Part shown: in pieces, positions 23,630-35,848 of the stretch | How the letters are laid out: each line of letters starts with the position of its first letter | Numbering within the stretch: position 1 is the first letter of the stretch | DNA from: Nemertoderma westbladi | Taxonomy: Eukaryota; Animalia; Xenacoelomorpha | Length of the DNA stretch: 53,655 nucleotides | Direction of reading: 5' to 3' | NCBI GenBank assembly: GCA_032718475.1 | Contig: JAUCBJ010008297.1 | Coordinates: forward strand, 1-53,655 | The notes under the pieces: model-generated | Told to the model about the DNA's origin: nothing | What the model saw: only the letters and a program-made list of their open reading frames with translations | The model's database searches: none | Position numbers and translations under genes: made by a program

Positions 23630-24920
23630 ATGACGGAGTTGATAGAAGATGGTCTTGGTATCGGGGAGCGATATACTCTACTTTTACAAGCGTTTGTTGA
23701 TAGCTTAATACGCGGCGACGTTGGTCCAACTGCTGCGGAGGACGATGGTCGTTATATCGAACCGACAATGTCCCAAGTGCAGCTCTCGCGAGAGTTGGAC
23801 TATAGAAAATTCGCTGCTCGATATACGCAGCGTAATGGTACGTATATGGGCTTCTTAACTACTGGTCATCCTATCGATTTACACAATACGGACTATGTCG
23901 ACTATATATCCTGCCCAGTGGAGTCGGAACCATAAACTGAAATTCGAATGCGAAAATTCTATTCGAAATCGACTCGAAAGAAAAGACACTAAAGAAACAA
24001 ATGGACGCGGTAACTCCAACGTATATTTGGAATTCTTGATAGAAGCATTGTAACAACAAATAAATGTCACCCGCGTTTACCCTACCAGACGTGCGTCTTT
24101 GGTATTATTACGATAAATGCCCTAGACCCAACTAATAAACGGAAAGACATAAACATCCACGTAAACCGAAACTTGTTGACGTATCACCTATGCTCACTCG
24201 GTTCGAACGATCCTGGAGTAAACCTACGATCAGAGTCCCGGAATACTCGGTCAAACCTCCTCATTCCTTAGTTGGACCTCAGACCTGCAATCCTGGTGGT
24301 GTCGCGGATCCTCGCGGACTGTATTCACTGTTCAAAGATCTAGTGCTACCCTAACAATTAATCGGTAACACTCCGACAGTGATTTCTAGCTAGCTGCCCA
24401 TCTTACTTAGCCGGACTGTGACGCGGACACCTAATATCACTATCCAACCGTATGGTCGTCCCCGTTTAACGCGATACAACCCTTCATCAAGGTGAAGGAG
24501 AGCGTTGTACGAAACGAGTTAAACGCTATTCTATAAAGATCAAAAAAGACACCTGCGTTTGTTCGGATAAACGTAAGTTATAACAGTAAGTCCAATCGAT
24601 AAACGAATTGGCCTTATCTCAGTTCGATTGGGAAATCTCGAATCTCTAAGAAGATATCAAGCTTAGAAAACCCTATTCTCTGCGAGAGTTTTGGACGAAC
24701 GTATCCCATGATAAGCGGAGGAAAATCAGCTCGAGGAGAAGCATATCGAAATGGACGAGACACCGACCATAATCCTACACCTTCTGATGCAATCATATTG
24801 CACCCTTCACCCAGGATTTATAACCCTCCTAGTAAAGTGGCTCCCCCCAAAGAGAAAAGGACTCTTGCTAGCCTCAAGAAACTGCGTAAACGCCGTCTGC
24901 GCAAAGAAACTAACTGTTTA
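23630..24920 (+). pseudogene. Decayed ORF3 of C
   Basis: N-terminus (MTELIED...RELDYRK...FLTTGHPIDLH), ENSIRNRL and C-terminus (PSDAIILHPSPR...KKLRKRR) match A; the middle is unrelated. Confidence 0.6.
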
Positions 24921-24991
24921 GAGTATCTTTATGTTTTAGAAACTGTGATTTTTATATTTTATAGACTGAAAATCCCATTTTCTGGGAGCGG

Positions 24992-26172
24992 TGTAAAAGC
25001 TTTTGCTGAATTGTCCGGTTATTTTTCCTTATTTTTCCCGTAAAATACTCTGTAGTTGGTTTACCAGGCATAAAAAGGCCGTGTCCTTGCTGTACTGGTG
25101 TTTTAGCGGACATAAAAGCTATTTCTTCTGTATTTGTACTTTAGAGGACATAATCCGTAATTCCGTGACGTAAAAGCTCGATACTCTTGAAAACAGTGTC
25201 GCTACCATGACGACGGCTAGCAGCTGATATTGCCACGTCGACGTTTCTTTGTTTCTTTGTTCTCTCGTTGTTCAGGTTGACCAATCAGAGCGTTTGTTGT
25301 CTCTGTGTTGGAGGTGTATACAGAAACTCAGTAGTTCAGTGTTATGTTTTGCCCAGAGCCTAAGAACCGGCTTTTGGCACCTCCGTGTTTTCAGTTTTTA
25401 GTCCTACACTAGTAGGCTTAATTATAAGGACATATATCCGTTATCTGCATACTGCAGTACTGCATACACTGCATACTGTGTAACACTGTGCATACTTTAT
25501 ATTGTTATACTGCTATTTACTGTCAGTTCTTCATAATATGGTTGATGAATTATTATATTTGGAATAACGACAAATAACCCCGAAAACCCAATATTCTTGA
25601 TATACCGAAGGTAAGAGAGAAAGGTTACAGATAAATGATTGCGACCTATGTTGAGTGGTTTGAAGTGAATCTAATGTTATTTGATAGACCCTACATGATT
25701 CGGTCTGTGTTCCTTTTATATGTGACTAAAATCAGTGAAGATCGGCAGATCAGTGTGCAGTATTGTGCAGCATTGTGTATGAGTGAGACTGATAACGAAG
25801 CATTTCCTAAAGAATGCGCCATATATGTGAATTGTAACTAAGCCATATCGTTGTGAGTAGTTTAAGTCATAACTCTGTTTATATAGATAGAGCGCCACGT
25901 CCTAAAGGAACTGTTAATATTCCCTGAAGGTGAATAATATTGTCAGAGATTATATAATACTGTCAGTCGAATAATACATTAGGCTTACATAGCAATAAGA
26001 TTAAGCTGTCGAAATCAATCTCCCGGGTATATCCAACGGGTGAATGATCGCGCACAGATTGGTTTCAACTAGTGTAGTGAATCAAATACTTGTTAGAGGC
26101 TAAAGCGATTTATTATCTAGAAGACATCCTAATTTGGCGGGTTAAACTGCCAAAGGTCTGAAAGCGCGAACA
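24992..26172 (+). repeat. 3' LTR of C
   Basis: Near-identical to 13559-14739; preceded by the PPT. Confidence 0.97.
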
Positions 26173-26177
26173 ATTTC

Positions 26178-29100
26178 CAAACCTGCATAATTCCTGAAAG
26201 GTTCAACTTAGTTCGGAACTTGGGTTGTCCAGCAAAGATGTCTTCGGCTAGTTCTTTGTCGATGAATGTTCCTGTGCTGCCGGAGTCAAGGAGTGCGTTC
26301 ACTATATAGCTCTTTTTTAACCCGTGGACTCTCAACTGCACTACGGGAAATTCTCGGATTCCTACGTTGGAAGTTGGCGCTTTCCAAGATGGTTGTCGGT
26401 CAGGAATAGTTAGGGGGAGCTCACTATCGGTTTCAGTCTCGATACACTGCGGTGTTTATTAGATAACAGGATTCGTTCTCGTCGGAGAATTCATCCGTGT
26501 AGAATCCTTCCATCTCAGAACTGTGGTCAGTGTCGTTCACATCACTGAATTGGACATGCAGTTCGGACTCACTTACCTGACTCGGGCTGTTTCTTTTGAA
26601 TTTGGTGTGCAACAAGATATGATGTTTCGCGCCGCACTTAGCACATCTTGCGTCGGAGTAACAGGTTCGCCGTTGGTGTCCTTGTCTGAGGCAATTATAA
26701 CACAACCGCTTATCCCACATGACTTCACGTCTATCTTTTAGGGATTTCTTTAAGAATTCATCACACACACTTAAACGGTGGGGCCCGTCGCACAACGCAC
26801 ATTTTGGTTTGATGTTACTTACTTTACCTTGGGTAGTGTTGTGCACACTTGTTCTCTCCTCGGGCTTTCTTCCCTGAATTCTCTTAGGAGACGTGGGAGG
26901 AGTTTTTGTTGTCTGTTCTCTCCTGTCACTGGTTCGAGACTTAAATTTACTTACATCCTTTGGTGTTTTGTTGACATAGTAAGATCTTTCGGTGTCTTTC
27001 CCGTTGCTCTCCTCTTGAGAGGTTTGGCTTTCGCCGTCGTCTGTATAACACACTGGTGTTACCTTTCTCCTAGAAACGGGTTTTTCACTTACCTTATTTT
27101 CCGGTGTCTTCTCTCGGGACTGCTTTAGTAGCTGTAATCTTACCTCTCCATTTAAGAATGACATGAGATCAGCCATGGTAGGGTCTCTTTGTTGCTGGTC
27201 CATCATATATAACACTTTCTTATCCCAGCGTGTACCTACTCCACCCTTCGGTAAAGTAGAAGCCACTGCTCTAATAACCATAGCACTCTGATACTCATGA
27301 GACTTACCTAGCCAATCTAATTGTATGCAGATCTCCTGAATCTCATCGGAAAACTCTATAATCCCGCTGCTAATAAACTTTCGGGGCGCTACCAACTTTG
27401 CATACAAATACCCAGCTATGTTATTCCTATTACCATACCTGATGTTTAGTGTATCCCAAACTTGTCTTAATCCGTCTGGATGTCCAATAAACTTTAACGC
27501 CATTAACTTGGGAGATCCTTCCAAGCACTCGATGAGGAATCTAAGTTTCTCTCCATTAGACAGTACAGAGTTCTGTATGTTATCTTTGTAATATTCATTA
27601 AAAGGTAACCATTTCATCTCATCTCCATTGAACTTGACGACTTGTCCCAGCGAGTACCTACTCCACCCTTGGGCAAAGTAGAGGCTACCATAGATAACCA
27701 TGGAACTCTGATATTCATGAGACTTACCTAACCAATCTAGTTGTCTACAGATCTCCTGAATCTCATCGGAAAACTCTATAATCCCGCTGCTAAGGAACTT
27801 TCGGGGTGCTACCAATTTTGCATACAAATACCTAGCTATGTTTGTCCTATTACCATACCTGATGTTTAGTGTATCCCAAACTTGTCTTAATCCATCTGGA
27901 TGTCCAATAAACTTTAACGCCATTAACTTGGGAGGATACTCCGTTAGATAGTACAGAGTTCTGTATGTTATCTTTGTAATATTCATTAAAAGGTAACCAT
28001 TTCATCTCATCTCCATTGAACTTGACGATCTCTCCCACTTTTACCGCTTGACGGGCTTCGGTTCTAGCCATTTGACGCGTAAAACTTTCTTGGGCCATCG
28101 TGTTATTTAATATCGAGTTATCGGTATATAAATTTCTCGGATTATGATCAGGTCTATATGGAATATCATTGTCAACAGGTTTATAATTACCCTTAATAGG
28201 GTTTACTATAGGAGTTTCTACTTCACTAGCAGTATAGATGCGTGTAGGCTCCACACCTTGCGCATGAAATACTTCAGACCTAACAGGTTGACACATTGTT
28301 ACAGGGGGTGGTGGTATACCCCTTTGTGTATTTACTAATTTATCGCGTTCTAACGCGATACTCTGCTGCACTTCTTGCAACTCTAACCTACTTTCCCTTA
28401 CTGTTCCCTTGAACTGTTGAACAGTCTCCTGCATCTGCCCGAGCAGGAGATCCATCCCCCGTCGTCCCTCATCCACCCACTCGACCGCCGAAGTGGGAGC
28501 CGCCAACATAGTAGCGGGTAGACGAGGGACGACGGGTGATAAAGCGTTGATGTCTAGCTCGGCGTCCAGGACATGAATTGTCTCAGGGACTGTTCTACTG
28601 GGCACATGTAGTTTAGTGCTATGCAAAGGGAATTTAGAGTTGGGTTCTGGAAGTACAGGGGTCTCTATCACAGAGGGGGTGGCTTCTAGAACAGGCCTAA
28701 TTATTTCAGGCTAATCTACTATAGTAGGGAGTCTTTTTACTCTAATAATTTGGTCTGTGGGTTCTGTACTACCTAAGTCTGTGCTAGCTAGTTGCCTTCT
28801 CACAGCTGGGGGCAAATTAGGCAATTTCTGATGGTCGGGCATTCTTCTACGCCTGCTGAGACGAGATCTATTTCCTCCGCCTTCACGATCTGTTGTATCG
28901 CCTTCATCAGATAATGTAAATCCCTGTCTCTTGGGAGTAGATCGACTTATCATCTGCCACTGACTAGCTGTTCTCTGTTTATCTATGTAGTCTTGCTTCT
29001 CTTGAAGATTTTCCAACTCTAGTTGGGTGGTCTCTTCAGACGCCCTCCGTTCTGCTTCTGCCACTGCCTCTGCCGCTTTTCTTTCCGCTTCTGCCGCTGC

Positions 29101-30558
29101 TACCTTTTTTTCCGCTTCTGCCTCTTTTCTTTCCGCTTCTGCCACTGCCATTGCCACTTTCCTTTCCACTTCTGCCGCTTTTATTTCCGCTTCTGCCGCT
29201 GCCATTGCCGCTTTCCTTTCCACTTCTGCCGCTTTTCTTTCCACTTCTGCCGCTGCCATTGCCGCTTTCCTTTCCACTTCTGCCGCTTTTCTTTCCGCTT
29301 CTGCCGCTTTTCTTTCAGCCTCTGCCTCTGCCGCTGCCGCTGCTGCTTTTCTTTCAACTTCTGCCGCTGCTGCTGCTGCTGTCTTTCTGTCTTCTATACG
29401 TTTTTTCTTTACATGTTCTTCTTGGACCCTAGCGATGCGGATGCTTTCATCAAATTTAGCTTGGTTTGCAGCTAACATTTCCGCATCTATTGCGTCCAAC
29501 ACAAACTTGGCTTCTTCACTATTAGGACGAAGTCCAGCCAGCCGTCTCCTCAACTCTTCGTCACCTAGAAATCGTTGATAGTCCGACAGATAGATGTCAA
29601 TAGCGTCCTTCTTCTGAGGTTTCTCTGCTGTTGCTTCGCTTTCCACTTGAGAAAAGGTAGCGTCTGTTGATTCTCCGTGGGTTGAGCGCTCAGCCAGCTG
29701 AAATTTCCACTGGGCCGTTCCTTGAACTTTGAGACCCACCCACTGGAACCAAGTCTTTACGGCAACTTGCAACGACGTGTCTTGGCTTCTTTTCTAAGCT
29801 TCCTCAAAGGCCGATAGGATTAGTCTGATTCTTAGAATTCTTTCTCGAACTTGATAAAGCAGCTCTCCCTGCTCTTGAGGTCCTTGGGGTTGTTGAAACA
29901 GTTGTTCCTCTAATCGCTCCAAAGAGCTGAAGAATCCCTGTACATATCCTGCTGCCGACCTCTTCCACACAGCTGGATCTCTAGTGTCCCTTACCACTCC
30001 CATCCTGTATAAGTCCTCCCAGACAGTTAAACGGGAGTCCGGGTCCGGGGAAGTTCCATTGCGTCTCGACAATAGACTTCAGTTCCTCCTTCGTGTATCC
30101 CGCATAACTGTCTTACTCCCGTCTTAACCCGCCTTACTTCTCGCCCAGTCCATTTGATGTTCCTCCACCGCAATCAATACTCTAGTGAGTATGGCTTCAG
30201 GAAGAATGAGAAGTGGATCCGAATAAACTGCTTCTGCCATCTTTGCTCCGGGCTCGGGTGTCAACTCTACAGTATCTGAACTACTGGAGCTATCGGGCCG
30301 CTGAGAAATAAGTTCTCGGCTCGAGTGTTGCTGTTGTTTAACAGTTGCCTCTTGGTCCCGCTTGACTTGAGCCCGAGTGCCTATGATAGACCTACAGTGT
30401 TTGACTAGCCTAGGGTCTGATACTACTACTGGAGGGATGACCTTTCTTACAGTAGGAGGGGAGTTGAACTTCGGTCTCAAACGTTCCGCACTCCTATCTG
30501 GATCACAGATTGTTGTATCTAGGAGACTGTCTGACAGGTTTTGCTTTGTGTCAGCCAT
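26178..30558 (-). pseudogene. gag-pro: B: gag and protease N-half, with stops, frameshifts and an internal duplication
   Basis: MADTKQNLSDSLLD start at 30558 homologous to C; capsid, Cys-His boxes, LLDSGS. Confidence 0.92.
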
Positions 30559-32534
30559 GTTTGTTTGTACAGTTGAATGCCTACTGCTAGAACTACAGTT
30601 AAAGCAAGTCTAGTAATTCAGTATCAACTATAAGCCTAGTAATTAATTACCGATATCGTTACCCAGTGTTATGTGATATATACAATATATTAGAATACCG
30701 GTATATACTTATAGTATATAATATAAGTATTATTACAGACTAGGGTTCGTCACAGAATACTGGTATATAATTTCAGTGCAAATATATATAAATATATAAT
30801 AAGCCTACTGTGAATACCAGTATACAGCTTACACTTATAGTATATATAAGTATAATTATAGACTAAATTAATTACAGAATACCGGTATATAGTTTCAGCA
30901 TAAATTTATAGAAATAAATATAATAAGCCTATCGTAAATACCGGTATGTCAATTATTTTATAATAACTGAATTTCTGAATTTTAGGGTTACTTTACGTTA
31001 CTTTATTACCGTTATTTAAGCAGTAGTCCAACTGATATTAAGACCTAATTGATGGATGACAGGCCTACTATTTTATAAATCGGTTTGAATTCATTAATAA
31101 TATATATATATACCCGTTTAATGGGTTTTGTTACAATATTTGAAATAAACATTATTATTTCTAGGTAAGGAGTCACTTCACAGAAGCTGAACGCTCTCAG
31201 TGGAGTGCTACTTATTGGACACTAAAACAAATAATTCTAATTTACTAAGTTACTTATTACTACAAATTACGTACAGTTAAGGGGTGAGATTACAATCTCT
31301 AAATAAACACAAAAAAATTACACGTACAAATTTTAGGGTCATTTTACAGGAAATCTACAAACCAGCCTAACAAGGGGTTAGAATTTTCTGGTTATTACAA
31401 ACGGACAGGAAACTACGGTATTTGAAAATAATAAAGCAGTAGTAAATATATTGCGTTGTCTAGATAAGAAAATACCACCGTCTGACGACTTATAGTCTCT
31501 AGCTTTACAGCTCTATAAGTACTACGTTATGTACCCGGAATGTCCCTACCTAGAAGTTAATTACCGCAGCCAACCAAAGCTAACGTGCCTATTAACCACT
31601 TTAAACACAAATATACTGCCTACACACTAATTACCTTCGGAAAGCACTGTACACTAAACCCTAAATTAGGTACAAGTACTTATACAACAAATAACCAGCA
31701 GTTAAAAATACTTGTACAGCTAAAAGAACCACGTTATCTGCTGGAGTGACTAGAGCATAAAATCACCAGTCTTTACCTACGCCAAACAGCCTTGATGTAG
31801 TACCGGGGTTAATTTAACTATAACGGCATGTATAACAAGCACAATTACTGTAGGAATAAACTTGGGTGGTGTATGTTGCGAATAATCGCATATACTCTGA
31901 ATAATAAATATTACGCTACCCGTACAGACTACACAACAAAATACAAACCAAATGCTGACAGACTACTATCAAGCCTAAATAAACTACAGTATATGCAGAC
32001 TCCGAAATGGTTAGTTAGTATGCGTTCTAACCGAGTAGTACGACTTATTCTTTCGGAGGGGATTTACCTTACAACACTGGATGCCCCCACCTTCCTAACT
32101 AGTATTTTATCGGACATACACTCTACACACACTGCAATCTCTTCGGACCTGACAACAGCCAGACAACAATCCAGCCTACAAATTATTTGTACAATCTGAG
32201 CAGGCTTACACGCCTTCTGCTCAATATTAACTTACAGATAAATAAAACTGACAGAAATAAGTAAAATCCCAATAAAAAACCAGAGCGGCCGTCCCTGATT
32301 AAATATCAAGACCTACCAGTATATAATTATCAAAATCGAATAATACTGCTGTACCTGTACTGCTGTAAGTACCGGTTCGGGTGGTTAGGTAGTTAGGCCT
32401 ACAGGTTACCGGTCGACCGGTACTTTCGACTTTATTGCCTACGTTGCAATAAAGAAACTAAGATAACTGTTATTGTTCTTACCAGAACAATAGTAAACTG
32501 TATTTATTGTCTACTGTGCAATAAAGGAAAAATC

Positions 32535-32546
32535 TATAACTGTTAT
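32535..32546 (-). other. Primer-binding site of B (non-tRNA type)
   Basis: Minus-strand ATAACAGTTATA directly after the LTR end GCACGAACA; complementary to the LTR-internal 12-mer at 33290-33301. Confidence 0.75.
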
Positions 32547-33745
32547 TGTTCGTGCTTTTAGTCCTTTAGCAGTTTAACCCGCTAATTTTAGGTGTCTTCT
32601 AGTTTATAAATCGACTTTAGCCTATAACAAGTATTTGTTGCATATAAGATATAAAGTTACATTAGCCAAAGCCAGCCTATGCGCGACCATTCACCCACAG
32701 TTAAGGGAGACTGGATTCGGAGGCTCTGACCTTATTGCGGTGTAGACTTACTGTACTATTCGATTGATCGTTAATATATAATCTCTGACAAATATTATTT
32801 ACTTTCGGGAAATATTAACAGTTCCTTTAGGACGTGGCGCTCTAAGTATGTAAACAGAGTAATGACTTACACTAAACACAATGGGATGGCTAATGATTTT
32901 CGTATAAAGCGCATTCTTTAGGAAATGCTTTGTTATCTGTCACACTCATGCACACTACCGCACACTGCTGCACACTGATCTGCCGACCTTCACTAAATTT
33001 GATCATATATAAGGAGAATAGCAACTGACACATGTAGGGATTATGAAATAGCATTCAATTCACTCCAAAACCACTATAATGTAAGTCGCAGTTGCTACAG
33101 GTAACTGGTCCCTCTTACCTTCAGTATATCAAGAAGATTGGGGTTTTATGATTATTTATCGATATTCTCCAAATATAACAACATATCCACCAACTTATAA
33201 CAATTAATAACCGACAGTAAATAGCAGTAAAATAATGCGGTGAAAGGTATGTATAGTATGATATGGGCTGATATGCTATGTTTGCTATGATAACAGTTAT
33301 ACGTTCCTATAATCAAAGCCGTCGAATGTTTGGCTAAAGTCTGAAACTAAGAATAATTCCAAAGCCGATGTTCTGGGCTCAGGAAAAAGGTAAACAAAGA
33401 CCGTCATGCATTGCGCGATTTCCCGGGGGCTTCTGTGCAAATAAAATGAAAATCGCTCTGATTGGTCGAGTGAGCTGAACAAAGAGAGTTAAGAAAGCTC
33501 CACATCGACACATCAAAATCAGCTGATAGATTTCGTCATCTAAGCCACACTGTATTAAGAGTATTTTGGCATATTGCGGCATAAAATGGCTTGTTATGTC
33601 CGCTAATGTACACATACAGAAAAATGGCTTTTTATGTCCACTAAAACACCTACACAGTAAGAAAAACGGCTTTTTATGTCCGCTAAAACACCTACAGAGT
33701 ACTTTGCGGGGAAAATGACTAGTTATATCCGCAAAAGCCTTTACA
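32547..33745 (-). repeat. 5' LTR of B (1199 bp)
   Basis: Minus strand TGTAAAGGC...GCACGAACA; shared blocks with the A and C LTRs; U3 has about 42-bp GTGTTTTAGCGGACATAAAA repeats. Confidence 0.92.
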
Positions 33746-33752
33746 GAATTCA

Positions 33753-34118
33753 TCAAGTTTCAATTGTTTTTTTAGCGGAAGCTTCTTGTTGCCTTCTAAG
33801 GTTGGTGTTAAGTTTTCTATTACGATGATTCAGAATGCGTCTCAGGCAGAATACATGAGTAGAAGGTTTCATTTGGTTTAGAAAATATGCAAAACTATTA
33901 ATTTCTTTATTAAATTGTTCAACGAGTTGTGTGTCGCAATTTTTTAATTCTGGTATTAAATTAACTCGATGTAGATGTCTCTGCCTTACAAATATCCTGA
34001 TGAAATTTAGTGAATAGCCTAAACAAAGGTGTTCAGCAGAATTCGAAACAGGATGAATTTGACTAAATCTTCTGAAACTCCTCAGGAAATGTTTTTTATT
34101 ACAGCCCGAGACACACAC
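33753..34118 (-). pseudogene. C-terminal remnant of a KDZ (Kyakuja-Dileera-Zisupton)/HMGXB3-like transposase
   Basis: HPVSNSAEHLCL, KFHQ in an adjacent frame, LIPELKNCDTQLVEQFN...YFLNQMKPSTHVFCLRRILNHRN; resembles the HMGXB3-type C-terminus from memory. Confidence 0.55.
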
Positions 34119-34609
34119 TATATTCCGCTGGAATCACAACAGAAACCTGTTGATTGGAACTTTATGAGCTTTTTCCAACTCGGAGCTTTCCAGAAACAGC
34201 CAGTTGAATGTTGTCACTAATTGTTATAGAATACATGTATCAAGTTTGGTTCCATTTCAAAAAAGATTGACTGACTTATTAGCGTCACATGTCGCCCCAC
34301 ATGTCGACATGTCTAACGCAGAATAAATCAAAGTAATACAAACCAGTCTAGTTGTTACCAATTATTAATAAATTAACGGGTAACAAAAATGGCAAAACTA
34401 TTTTCAAAGAAAACCAAGAATGACGATTATTGCATCATGTTCTATGTTTATATTACATACAACACCATGCTTACTGTACATATTTTTCACCGCTTACATA
34501 TTTTTCACCTATCAGATTTACACATTTTGCACATGGAGTGTACCTCTGCAGGTCTGTGTGCTCTGTATAAACTGACAGCTGAGGTGTGTCCTCAAATTAT
34601 CTTATGATT

Positions 34610-34790
34610 TGGACGAAAAGTCCCACAAAATATCTCGGGACGAAAAGTCCCCCGCTCCGGACTTCTCATCTCAGAATATTCTTCCTGGACTATTTATCCC
34701 GGATACTTCTCGTCCCGGACTTTTCGTCCCGGACTATTTGTCCCGGACCATTCGTCCCGGACTTTACATCCCAGACATATGTGTCCCTCA
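34610..34790. repeat. About 15-bp minisatellite (CGTCCCGGACT), with inverted copies at the left end
   Basis: Visible repeats. Confidence 0.7.
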
Positions 34791-35199
34791 CTTTTAGTCT
34801 CAAAAGAAAAATGACTAGAAAAAATTATAAAATTATAAAAACCGATATCATTATGTTGCACACATTGTTTAGGGGAAGAAATTTTAAATATAATACCGGG
34901 TCGAAAAACCCTTTTAATATCAACATCAGAAACAAACATGTCTTCCTATGTAAACACTAAATCTAGCACCATGACTTACGTACAGTACTAAAGATATCTT
35001 TATATTTTTAGTAGGTCATGCTAGCACATTATTTAATCGAAGTGGTTTAGATTACAATTGGTCAAGGACACTTTGTAAAACAAAAGAAAACATTATTATA
35101 AAGGCTGCTATCTGGGTGGGAACGGTACTGCAACAGGAAAGTTATTACATACAGTAAGTTGCCAAGGCATGGTCTATGGCATAAGCGGTGATTGTCATC

Positions 35200-35552
35200 G
35201 ACTACTACTACGATCGGCATGCTACATTGCAGCTGCATTATGTATATATTACATACCCATATATATTAAGAATGCTGTGCCGGTTTGTCGATAAAATTTA
35301 GCTGCCACAACTCCCTATCACCCATGACGTTTGCTAGATCATCCGCATCTTCAAGGCCAGTGTCCTTTAAGATGCGTCTCAAGAAAGTCATGGGCTGTCC
35401 ACCATGCTTATTCACTCCATGAGGCTGCCAAAGCACAATATTATGCACTGGCTGGTCCTCACGGCGAAAGCAATGTCCTGCAAAGCGGAGGCGATTTTGT
35501 TCTAGTGTCAAGCTTGGGGGAACCAATGAGACCCCTCCAATGTTACATAGTC
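35200..35552 (-). mobile_element. 3' end of an RTE-clade LINE (same family as 47637-49450)
   Basis: RLRFAGHCFR...VLWQP; (TAG)n tail; near-identical to 47640-47965. Confidence 0.88.
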
Positions 35553-35594
35553 TGATCCATGATGAAACGCAAATGATATAATTAATTACAATAT

Positions 35595-35848
35595 TTGTTT
35601 TGTGTGCCTGTTCCCATGGCGATGCCTGTTCCCCACCATGGATGGGTGATCTTCCACGGTAAACCCTTATTCCACTCTGCTTCCAAATTTACATTGGTTC
35701 CCATTTATCTACCAATGAATAAGGATGAAAGCTACAGTAGGCTACATGATCTTAAGTACTGTATCCAAACAGTGTTGCCCCATCTAGGGATCGAACCAGG
35801 ACCCCTGATTAGAAGCCCAGGAATGACACCACTAGACTAGGCTGCTGC
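35595..35848 (-). mobile_element. tRNA-derived SINE with a Nin/Deu-like core
   Basis: Minus strand A box (AGTCTAGTGG), CT-TCT-AA loop, B box (GGTTCGATCCC), then GCTTTCATCCTT...GGTAGATAAATGGGAACC. Confidence 0.65.

Larger units (their letters stand above)
13559..26172 (+). mobile_element. Complete non-autonomous Bel/Pao element 'C' (12,614 bp)
   Basis: Two 1181-bp LTRs; 5-bp TSD ATTTC (13554-13558 and 26173-26177); splits the B protease between MQVWK and STVATDYY. Confidence 0.97.
7699..33745 (-). mobile_element. Decayed autonomous-type Bel/Pao element 'B', interrupted by C, a LINE and A; 3' end lies left of the window
   Basis: Colinear minus-strand 5' LTR, leader, gag, PR, RT, RNase H and IN once the insertions are removed; many stops and frameshifts. 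Confidence 0.92.

Noticed and set aside
29023-29578. CRF-, SAAFL- and PLL-repeat ORFs
   Set aside because: Antisense shadows of the AEAERK repeat.
35777-35848. tRNA-Arg gene
   Set aside because: Acceptor and D stems do not pair, and a SINE-like body follows.
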